This document shows positions 9,264 to 18,000 of a stretch of 41,079 nt of DNA, one piece after another. The DNA is from a virus. Its lineage: Duplodnaviria > Caudoviricetes. The position numbers and the translations under genes were made by a program. Location: positions 1-41,079 of IMG/VR virus record IMGVR_UViG_3300044533_000426; one strand, written 5' to 3'. Each line of letters opens with the position of its first letter. Positions within the stretch are counted from its first letter, which is position 1. The notes beneath the pieces were generated by a model that searched no databases, was not told the origin of the DNA, and worked only from the letters and a program-made list of their open reading frames with translations.

Positions 9264-9632
9264 CTATACGTTAGGTTGTTGAGATTGCTGTTCTGCTAAT
9301 TGTTTTCTTGTTGGTGCACCTGGTTGGTATTGGATAGTACCATCCTTTAAATTGATTCTACCCTGTGGGTATTTATCATCCAACGAATCAACTATCTCTT
9401 TTAACTTAAGATTCAATGCTTTAAATTCATCTTTTCCTGATTTTAAAAACTCATCTAACTTTATCATTTCTTCTTGGATTTCTTCTTTTCTAATGTAAAT
9501 TTGTCCAAATTCATTAATAATGTTAGCTGATTTTTGATTTAAATCTATAATAGTTTTTAGAACATCTTCTTCTAATTTAACTACTTCAATTTCAACTGTT
9601 GCTTTTTGTGGAATTTTATCTAATTCTGCCAT
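9264..9632 (-). CDS. Small coiled-coil protein, paralog of 14169..14414
   Basis: Shares KLE...IINxGQ...KYPQGRINLKDGTI with the 81-aa protein (KQYPNGEIDLVEGTV). Confidence 0.75.
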   Translation of the reverse strand: MAELDKIPQKATVEIEVVKLEEDVLKTIIDLNQKSANIINEFGQIYIRKEEIQEEMIKLDEFLKSGKDEFKALNLKLKEIVDSLDDKYPQGRINLKDGTIQYQPGAPTRKQLAEQQSQQPNV

Positions 9633-9659
9633 AAATTTTTGTTTTTAATGTTTTATATA

Positions 9660-9668
9660 TATAAGTAT
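9660..9668 (-). promoter_or_regulatory. Putative phage late-promoter motif ATACTTATA
   Basis: Recurrent intergenic motif upstream of the start at 9632. Confidence 0.6.
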
Positions 9669-9669
9669 A

Positions 9670-10419
9670 TTATTTTTTATTTTTAAACACAGAAACTCCT
9701 TTTTGTTTTACAACCTCACCAGCACAATAATTTGCCCATTCAATTGATTCCTTAATATTGTTTGTACTTAAGTATTTGGTTATAAACCCAGCTACAAAAG
9801 TATCACCGGCTCCACTTACATCTGCATTTTTGATAGGTTTAACTGGATATGTGGTGTGTTTATGGGCTGTTCCGGTTTTATCAAGTGTACATATAATTTT
9901 ATCAAATAACCATTCGTTATCCCGTATTACATCTTTACTTACTTCCCACTCTAAACGATTTATTTTGATGTAAGTTATATTTTTACACCAATCTCCTAAT
10001 TTCTTTTTCGTATCTAAAATAACTAATGGATGTAACGATGCTATATTGGCTATATCTTCTTCGGTTAAAAATCCTTTGCAATAATCTGAAATTATAATTG
10101 CATCGTATTGCGATACATCAGATAATTTAGATATATCAATTCTATTAACTAAATCATTTTCATCCACTCTTAAATAAAGTTCATTGGTATCTTTATTAAC
10201 ATAACGAGTTTTTACAATATTACCAGTATCGGAAAATATATTTGTTTCAACCCCCATTGCTGTTAAATTATCCATTACATTAGCTGCCATACCCAATCCA
10301 TAGGTTTCACTAATTGGAACAAAAACAGGTCCATTTCCTTCTGGTGATTTTCGGTTTGATGTACCATACACAAAAATATCAGTACAACTTTCTCCTATAA
10401 CTAATACTCTATTCATCAT
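9670..10419 (-). CDS. rfaE1: PfkB-family sugar kinase, HldE domain I-like (heptose-7-phosphate kinase)
   Basis: VLVIGES..D...YG...RKSPEGNGPV (cf. RISPEAPVPV), ISDYCKG (cf. SDYxKG), PfkB anion hole DVSGAGDTF, and ANYCAGEVV..KG. The start may be 10416. Confidence 0.85.
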   Translation of the reverse strand: MMNRVLVIGESCTDIFVYGTSNRKSPEGNGPVFVPISETYGLGMAANVMDNLTAMGVETNIFSDTGNIVKTRYVNKDTNELYLRVDENDLVNRIDISKLSDVSQYDAIIISDYCKGFLTEEDIANIASLHPLVILDTKKKLGDWCKNITYIKINRLEWEVSKDVIRDNEWLFDKIICTLDKTGTAHKHTTYPVKPIKNADVSGAGDTFVAGFITKYLSTNNIKESIEWANYCAGEVVKQKGVSVFKNKK

Positions 10420-10795
10420 CTAAAAGTTTTGTGGTGCTAAACCCATCCAATTTACCAAAGAATTTTATTTCATTTGCATACTCCCCACCAATTATAGGTT
10501 TGTACATATATTCATCTCCAATTACAAATATATCAGGCTGATATGTTTTCAGATGATTTCTCAAAGATTCATCACTATCAAATACTACAATCTTATCTAC
10601 ATCCCGTATTTGCATTAAATTAAATACCCTCTGTCCTTCTGTGTGGAACGGTCTACCATCTCCCTTCATTTGTCGAATCCTTTCATCCGAATCAATACCT
10701 ATTACCAAATCTCCTAAAGACTTTGCATAATCTATCAACTTAAAATGGCCATAATGTAAAACATCAAAGCATCCATTTATCCAAACCTTTTTCAT
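10409..10795 (-). CDS. rfaE2: HldE domain II-like nucleotidyltransferase (heptose-1-phosphate adenylyltransferase)
   Basis: WINGCFDVLHYGH, VIGIDSDERIRQMKGDGRP and C-terminal GFSTT are typical of RfaE domain II. It is coupled to a domain I kinase. Confidence 0.85.
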   Translation of the reverse strand: MKKVWINGCFDVLHYGHFKLIDYAKSLGDLVIGIDSDERIRQMKGDGRPFHTEGQRVFNLMQIRDVDKIVVFDSDESLRNHLKTYQPDIFVIGDEYMYKPIIGGEYANEIKFFGKLDGFSTTKLLDDE

Positions 10796-11940
10796 TATAA
10801 AAACTTTTCTAATTCTTTGATTACCATTTCGGATGTAATTGATTTAGTACACTCAAATTGTCTTTCAGTTCCTTTATGGTCAGGACACCAATTCCAATCT
10901 CCTGCATTTAATCTTAATCTATTAAAACATCCTTCACATTTTCCTGTTGGTGTTGTAATTCTTATACAATCTTGCATTTCTGCCCAATCGTATGAGAATC
11001 CACTAACTAAAACAGTTGGAGTATCTAATGCCCAACTTAACCAACTCAAACCACTACCAATTCCTATGAATGCTTTTGATTTTTTTAATTCGTCCATAAC
11101 CAATTCAATGGGTCCATTTGGGTGTTTTATTATTCCAGTTGGTAATTTATTTCCCATATAATCATCATCTTCTTTGGAAATTAATCTAACTGTATAACCT
11201 TTGTTATTTAACCAATTCACAACATCTTGCCATCCAGTTGGATTATTCCAAAATTTAGATTGAGCAGTACCAAATACACCAATACAAATTTGATTTATTT
11301 TTTCTAATGATGGATTTTTTCTTTTTAACTTTGGTTTTATTTCTTTATATTCCAATCCCAAAATATCGGAACACATTTTTTGAAGTGTTACTGACTTTGG
11401 GTCAATCGGATTTTTAAATAAATTTATAGAATCATCTTCATTGTAATATAACCCAATTGCATACATAGCATACAAATCAGCAGCAGTATCACCCGGTTTT
11501 ATAAATTCTATATTAGGATATTCGTTTGAAAAAAAGTCATTCATAAAAGTTGATACAACTAATTTACAATTATGTTTTTTTCTAAATTCTTCTAAATACG
11601 GAAACCAAGCTAACGTATCTCCCAACGCCCTAGAATCCAATGCTATGTAAACTTTTTTACCATCAGGTTGGTAATCATATTGAGCCCATTTTTTACCATT
11701 TTCGTAAATTACAATTTTCCAATTTACAAAGTATTCGATATTACATTTACACCAACAATTATTTCCAATAGTTGATTTGAATAAAACTTTATCAGTTTCT
11801 CTATCAATAAATTCAACAATATATTCTGCTTTTTTCAATCCTTTTATTTCAACAAAAGGACCTTTTACAAAATGATAATGAACTTTGTTTTCTATATCTA
11901 CTTTATTGTTTTTATTTTTTATTAAATTATCGTATATCAT
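10795..11940 (-). CDS. Aah/TibC-family (autotransporter) protein O-heptosyltransferase
   Basis: ALGDTLAWFPY (catalytic-Asp region LGDxxxW), KFWNNPTGW, FIGIGSGLSWLSWA, and a four-Cys iron-finger-like motif CEGC...WCPDHKGTERQFEC. The likely start is 11940 (TAATG overlap with the upstream stop). Confidence 0.88.
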   Translation of the reverse strand: MIYDNLIKNKNNKVDIENKVHYHFVKGPFVEIKGLKKAEYIVEFIDRETDKVLFKSTIGNNCWCKCNIEYFVNWKIVIYENGKKWAQYDYQPDGKKVYIALDSRALGDTLAWFPYLEEFRKKHNCKLVVSTFMNDFFSNEYPNIEFIKPGDTAADLYAMYAIGLYYNEDDSINLFKNPIDPKSVTLQKMCSDILGLEYKEIKPKLKRKNPSLEKINQICIGVFGTAQSKFWNNPTGWQDVVNWLNNKGYTVRLISKEDDDYMGNKLPTGIIKHPNGPIELVMDELKKSKAFIGIGSGLSWLSWALDTPTVLVSGFSYDWAEMQDCIRITTPTGKCEGCFNRLRLNAGDWNWCPDHKGTERQFECTKSITSEMVIKELEKFL

Positions 11941-14123
11941 TAACTCCAAGTTTTAACTGTTAAATCTAATAAAGAGAATCCTTCCGCTTGTTTTGAATAA
12001 ACTTTGTTAGTTGTATATCTATTTTTAGGATGATTATAGAATACATGATTGAACCAAAGGTCACCAACATCCCAACCACAATCTTCTATTCTATCCAACC
12101 ACCATTGTTTAGTTCGGTTTGGAATTAGGTAAGCATGTGCAAGGTCTTGATTGAATGCTGTTTTTGAAAATAGTTCATCTATTTTTTCTTTACCTCTAGA
12201 TGGGTTATCTGCTAATGATATATAATATACATCTTGCAGTTCTGATATGAAACATGCTTTATGTACTATATCAACAAATTCCTCTAAACCAGTGTAAATA
12301 AATGCATCTGCTTCAAATACTAAAGTGTAATCAAAGTTTTCAGTATCCATAGTTTCTAATGCTCCTCTATGTGCTAAATAACAACCATAATGTCTACCAG
12401 TCATCCAACCCAAACCAGCACCAGGATATAACTCACCTGGCTTATTATCTTTACTTATGTGTTCGGGTCTTCTACAATTTTCAGCAGGTGCAAATCCTTC
12501 GTATGGTGTATTTACAATTTGTTCGTAATACATTCCATATTTTTCTAATTGTTTAATAGATTGAATACTAACTCTTTCCCTCATATCATCAGGTCTTGTT
12601 AATAAATGTTTTATTTGTATTCTTGGTTTTTTACGAATAAATGAACGGAATCCTCTTTGTATTTGTCCATAAAAAAATTCATTTGCTGCTTTAGTAACAC
12701 CAGGAAAAAAACTACCACCATAATCATCACCTGTTATATAACCACCCGGCTTTATTTTGTTATACCATATTTTTAAATCATCAGTTACCGATTCATAGGT
12801 ATGACCCGCATCCAACATAATAAAATCAATACTTGAATTTGCAAACTGATTAGCTGCGTTTTTAGAAGTATCTTTTATTATATCAATAATATCATAGTTA
12901 TTTGATAAGACTGTATTATCTATAAATTCATAAAATATATCTCCACTAAAACTATCAACTATCGTTTTATGTAATTGCTCATCATCGCTACCTTTAAATG
13001 TATCAATGGTTGTAAACTTTATATTTTTTTTAGATTCTCTAATTTTAGTTGCTAAATAATTGGTAGATTTTCCAAACCAAGTACCTAATTCAACTATATG
13101 TGAACCAGCTGGAACTTTTTCAACAACTTCATCATATAAATCTATATATGAAAACCAACCCGGTATTTCATTAAATTCAGGTTGTAATTTTTCTAAGATA
13201 ATTCTCTTAGTTAATTTTAAATCATCATCAATATATGTTACCAACGGATTGTTATCGTATGTATCCAAATATGTGTGTAATTTTCTAAATATAGAAGGCA
13301 TTTTATATGAAAGAGCCTCTTTAACTGAAAGTGGATTTAATTCTAGCTTAGAACTAAAATAAAACATATCACATGCTGCGTAGAATGTATCTACATCATT
13401 TCGTTCTCCCCATATAATGCAATTATCGGGTTTATACTCCATTAGAGGTTTCCAATAATCCTCATAGTTCATAGCTTGATTTCCTACAAAGTGAAACTTT
13501 ATTTTATACTTTTCTAGTTGTCTAGCTATTTGAAATATTTCAGCTTGATTTTTACCAGGTGAAAATAATCCAACATTAAGTACATGCTTCCAAGTTGAAT
13601 CTAATTCCAATTCTTTTTGTGCAGCTTTTTTATCAAAATCATATTCTTCGATAGGATATTCCCATATATCTAAATCAACTCCTAAATTAGCTTCTTCAAA
13701 CTTTTGCTTACTCCATTCAGATACTAAAACATATTTGTCAGGATGATATCTTATTTCATCTGGTTTTGTGAATGAACCATGTGTTGTTGCTAGTATAAAA
13801 TAATTTCTATCCTCTATAAAAATTTTATCTAATACATTTGTAGGTAAATCAAATTCAGGTATTTCTTGAAAATGTATGATATCGGGTTGATATTGTTCAA
13901 TTACTTCCAATATCTTAGATTTATCAGTATCCAATGTATGTATTGGTACTAACGATTTGATTCTATTTTTTTGAACTACAAACGCATCACCACCACTGTT
14001 ATTTATTTCAACAACTTGGATTTCAAAATCGTTTATAAAGTGTTTTACCTGTTTGTATGCGTATTGTGGTTGTCCACCCGTAGAAAGATGTGGACAGATA
14101 TAAAGTAACTTTTTCTTTGCCAT
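11940..14123 (-). CDS. Three-domain fusion: GT4-like (GT-B) glycosyltransferase, class I SAM methyltransferase (Methyltransf_24-like), GT25-like glycosyltransferase
   Basis: HLSTGGQPQY and ELNPLSVKEAL (GT4 E-x7-E); IVELGTWFGKST and DFIMLDAGHTYE...GGYITGDDY (methyltransferase); YGCYLAH...LVFEADA...AHAYLI (GT25-like). Confidence 0.82.
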   Translation of the reverse strand: MAKKKLLYICPHLSTGGQPQYAYKQVKHFINDFEIQVVEINNSGGDAFVVQKNRIKSLVPIHTLDTDKSKILEVIEQYQPDIIHFQEIPEFDLPTNVLDKIFIEDRNYFILATTHGSFTKPDEIRYHPDKYVLVSEWSKQKFEEANLGVDLDIWEYPIEEYDFDKKAAQKELELDSTWKHVLNVGLFSPGKNQAEIFQIARQLEKYKIKFHFVGNQAMNYEDYWKPLMEYKPDNCIIWGERNDVDTFYAACDMFYFSSKLELNPLSVKEALSYKMPSIFRKLHTYLDTYDNNPLVTYIDDDLKLTKRIILEKLQPEFNEIPGWFSYIDLYDEVVEKVPAGSHIVELGTWFGKSTNYLATKIRESKKNIKFTTIDTFKGSDDEQLHKTIVDSFSGDIFYEFIDNTVLSNNYDIIDIIKDTSKNAANQFANSSIDFIMLDAGHTYESVTDDLKIWYNKIKPGGYITGDDYGGSFFPGVTKAANEFFYGQIQRGFRSFIRKKPRIQIKHLLTRPDDMRERVSIQSIKQLEKYGMYYEQIVNTPYEGFAPAENCRRPEHISKDNKPGELYPGAGLGWMTGRHYGCYLAHRGALETMDTENFDYTLVFEADAFIYTGLEEFVDIVHKACFISELQDVYYISLADNPSRGKEKIDELFSKTAFNQDLAHAYLIPNRTKQWWLDRIEDCGWDVGDLWFNHVFYNHPKNRYTTNKVYSKQAEGFSLLDLTVKTWS

Positions 14124-14130
14124 ATTGTAA

Positions 14131-14162
14131 CAAATATACGAATTTATTTTTAAATTACCAAA
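14131..14162 (-). promoter_or_regulatory. Bacteroidota sigma-A-type promoter driving the glycosylation operon
   Basis: On the minus strand: TTTG (14162-14159), a 20-nt spacer, then TATATTTG (14138-14131). This fits the -33 TTTG / -7 TAnnTTTG consensus with its 19-21 nt spacing. Confidence 0.75.
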
Positions 14163-14168
14163 TTTATT

Positions 14169-14414
14169 TTAGAAAATTACAGTACCCTCAACCAAATCAA
14201 TTTCCCCATTAGGGTATTGTTTTTCTAAATCAGATAATAATAAATTTAATTCTTTATTTGTATTTTCAAATTCAACTTCAGCCATAGATATCAATGTATT
14301 GAGTTGTTTTACATCTAAATGTAGTTGTCCAACATTTATAATCAATTCGTTTTTTTTGTTATTAAGTTCTTTTAGTTTCTCTACTAATGAAACTTCTAAT
14401 TTTTCAGTTGCCAT
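14169..14414 (-). CDS. Small coiled-coil protein, paralog of 9264..9632; possible tail-fibre-associated chaperone
   Basis: Heptad-like helix followed by YPNGEIDLVEGTVIF. It lies two genes downstream of the tail fibre. Confidence 0.75.
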   Translation of the reverse strand: MATEKLEVSLVEKLKELNNKKNELIINVGQLHLDVKQLNTLISMAEVEFENTNKELNLLLSDLEKQYPNGEIDLVEGTVIF

Positions 14415-14423
14415 ATTTTGTTT

Positions 14424-15020
14424 TTAGTTATTTGTATTGAAAAAGAAAACTTGAAAAAGTCTTCCTGATATTTTGTTTTTTCCAAAGTAATCCATAGATT
14501 TATGAAACATAGTTGCATCGTATAAAACTAATCTGTTAAATTTATTTGATATTACATCAGTCAATTCCCATTTTGTAATATCTTTATAATCTCTCAAATA
14601 TGGGTGATTTAAATCTTTTTCCGTTGGTGCATCGGTTTCATGTACAAATCTATCAATCAATGTTTGTTTATGTCTATAAAATCCAGTTCCAGCGGATGGT
14701 GGTGCATTTGGTGTTAAGTATAAAACACCCGCCCATTTAAACCCACCATCGGAATGAATCCATGAATGATGTTCTTCGGTTGTATATTGAAATGAACCAC
14801 AACTCGAATCTTCCACATCATTCCAATCGCTAACATATCCAGCGTATGGATATATAACATACTGAATTGCTTCCTTAATCGTATCGTTTAAAAAAGATTT
14901 AGTTCTATATCCAGGAAAGTTACCTTCAATATCAAAGTTTTGATTTAATGCAAATTTTCTCACCTCAAACGGATTTGAGTAAAAATCATCAATTGTAATT
15001 ATACTTAATTTTTGTGCCAT
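14424..15020 (-). CDS. 2OG-Fe(II) oxygenase superfamily protein (DUF6445-like)
   Basis: IDDFYSNP..VR..AL, FPGYRT, WIHSD (HxD), WAGVLYL, GTGFY, FNRLVLYD..MFH (distal His), and RLFQVFF (2OG-binding Arg). Confidence 0.82.
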   Translation of the reverse strand: MAQKLSIITIDDFYSNPFEVRKFALNQNFDIEGNFPGYRTKSFLNDTIKEAIQYVIYPYAGYVSDWNDVEDSSCGSFQYTTEEHHSWIHSDGGFKWAGVLYLTPNAPPSAGTGFYRHKQTLIDRFVHETDAPTEKDLNHPYLRDYKDITKWELTDVISNKFNRLVLYDATMFHKSMDYFGKNKISGRLFQVFFFNTNN

Positions 15021-15035
15021 AACTTATTTAGTACA

Positions 15036-15052
15036 TATAAATATATAAATAT
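15036..15052 (-). promoter_or_regulatory. Tandem putative phage late-promoter motifs ATATTTATA x2
   Basis: Two copies overlapping by one base (15036-15044 and 15044-15052) upstream of the start at 15020. Confidence 0.6.
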
Positions 15053-15064
15053 ATTTAAAACGTA

Positions 15065-18000
15065 TTACAATGAACCACTAATATATGCTTCCAATGCTTC
15101 AACTTTATCCATCAATATTTGAACAGTTTTGGTTAAAGGTACTACAAGTCTATCATACGATACGGATTCTAAAACAGATGCACTTCCACTTATACCATAA
15201 TTACAAAATCTTCGTAATTCAGGATCCATATCCAACCATTCTGCGATAAATCCCCCTTGTTTACCAACATATTCTTTTGGATTTTCCATCAATGGATAGT
15301 TTTGAGAATAATCTTCTTCTACATCACTATCAACTGAAGCTAATGGGGTAAACAAAACAGGTTTGATACGTCTAATACTTTCATACGCCGAATTAGGATA
15401 ATCTTCTATATCTTTCTTTATTCTAATTGTAGATGAATCTGATATTAATTCACGACCCGTACTGATTCCGAATTTTGGTGTACCCGGTCTTAATCTGGCA
15501 GTTCTAGATGGCGAACCTTGTGCAGGGAAGTTAGCACCTATAAGTACTGATTCAGTACCATTAGTACCCATACGAATTCCGGCAGCAACATTTTCAGTTC
15601 CAATAAATCCACCATTTACCATTAAGTTATTTCCAGTTCCGGATAGTAGAATATCACCATCTAATACTTGAATTGATTTACCTGATGCATTTGTGTTTGT
15701 AATTCGTAGTCCAGGTCCAGAATTACTAGTCTTTATATCAACCATAGGGTCCGATATGGTCCTTTGAATCTTTACATAGTTAGTTGAGTCTGCTACTACC
15801 AAAATACCGTCTCCACCTATTTCAGTTTGATTAAGTTGTGCTGAAAATGATTCTGCTGCTGGTTGTAAATTACCAGTTACAGTAACATCCCCAACAGAAC
15901 CATATCCGTATGTATGTGTTGTTGTATGGACGTAGTATGTAGCTGCTGTTGGGAAAGTTATTGATTTTGTATATCCATCACTAAATTGTACATTTATTTC
16001 ATCGAAAGGTCCACTAATATCATTGGGAGATAACGCTAATGTAAATGAATCTATCAAAGTTCCACTAAAATCATCAGTTGTCCATATTTGTGCACTCACA
16101 AATATTGTAAAATATCCACTAAAATTATTACTTGCAATTGCGTATATATTATCCCCAAATCCCCAATCTAATGGTGTTGCTGAATATGTTCCTGCCGTAG
16201 TTACACTAAAGCCGCTTGTATCAAATACAGTATTATCAGAATAGAAATTACCAGGTGCCGTATAAACAGTATTAAAGCTAGGGGCTTGTGAAAAATCGTA
16301 TGTATCTGGTATAGTAAAAGTTACATTAGAAAATGAACCAGCTGGGTCTGATATGTTTGCCTGTCTTATTTCTACTTTTTTTACCCCAGCATCAAAGATT
16401 TGTAATGCTTTTTGGTTTGCGTTTAATACAATAGCTTCGGTTGTATCTTCAAAGTTACCATCAAGTGTAACTCTCCAATTTCCTATTTCAGAAATTTGTG
16501 ATTCATCCGTAACAATTTTTCCTCTAATTTGTAATACATTATTATCCCAACTAATTGATGGTTGTCCAGATGATGGCGTATTCCCAAATCTAAACTCTCC
16601 ATCTTGTGTCAAATAAAATCCAGCACCACCAGTATTCAATCCAGTTGCACCAGATGAACGTATAAATCCACCTACGATTACGTTTCCAGCAAAGTTACCA
16701 GTTGCTGCCGATATATCACCTCTAAAAAACGCATTACCAGATGCATCAACGGCAAATCCTTGAGTTCTAATTGTACTACTTGCCAAATCAATGAATGTAC
16801 CAGATGTTGAGAAGTTACCGGTACCAGGGTATCCAAAGTTTGTGGATGTAATAAGATTTGTTGCAACACGTGATGTTACAATTGCACCAGGTCCAATATA
16901 TGTTAGTGCATCATTTCCGGCGTTAATAGCATCAATTGCTGCCATAGCACCCAACGAACCACTAAATACAGTTAATGCAGTTTGTGCATTTGTTCCTGCG
17001 GTTGCAATGGCATTGGCTTGTGCTGCTGCAGAACCAGATGAAACTGAACCACTTACTCCATTTTGAGTTGCTGCATTACCACCTGTTACAGTAATATCAC
17101 CTGCTATTTGTAAACCACTACCATCCCATTTAAGGAATCGATTACCAGCACCATTTACAATTGAAAATCTACCGGTAGTTCCACCAAGTCCAGATGGTTG
17201 TTCGTATATTCCTAAAAATATACCAGGTCTTTCATATCCAATAACAGTTCCACCGGGATTTAATGTTGTCCCAGCACCACCCGATGTTCCAATTGTTGCG
17301 TTTTGTCCAATAGCTATATATGGGTCAGTTCTACCACCAGCAATTACAATATTTGCAAATGCACCAGTACCATTTTTTGTACCAACGTTGATTGTATTTT
17401 TTACATACGATTCTTCGAATATTGCAATCTTAGCTGCCACAAAGAATTCCTCAACTCCTAAGAATTCCCAGAAATCAGGTTGTGTATCGGGCTGTTTTGC
17501 CCCAATTAAATTAAACCCAGCAGGTGGCGAAGCTCCAACATAAAAAGTAGACGTTGTTGGATTTACATAAGTAGTTGGACCCGAACCACTAACTGCTGCA
17601 TAGTAGTTTGTTGTTCCCGGTACTGCGTTGTAAATTACTGCATCTCTACGATTGTTTGTGTTTTCTACTTGTCCTATATAATCCGTTTGATTACTCCACT
17701 CACCTCTCATTACAATACCAGGCCCCACTGCTCCTTCAAATTGTACTGAGAATGATTGTGTTTTAAATAACGTAGTGCCCGGTCTTGAAATACTTCCAGA
17801 AACATATTCACAATCTATTTGGTAAACAATTTCACCAGTAAGATTATTTTCAGGATCACTCCAAGATATTATAGGTGGCATTGATGCCGTTGCCTGATTA
17901 CCACCTAATATTGCGTTTGGTGTATTGTATGGAGGCTGTAACCCTAAGTGACTAGAGTATGATAGTATTGAAACTACATATTGTTCTTTATATCCAAACT

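Noticed and set aside
9670-14123. Glycosylation cassette as host LPS-locus contamination or a DNA-hypermodification pathway
   Set aside because: It shares strand, AT-richness, tight packing and flanking paralogs with the phage genes. The transferase is of the protein-modifying Aah/TibC type, and no base-modifying enzymes are adjacent. DNA modification is disfavoured but not strictly excluded.
15046-15057. Perfect palindrome TAAATATATTTA
   Set aside because: It is purely A/T, overlaps the promoter motif, and is expected by chance in this composition.
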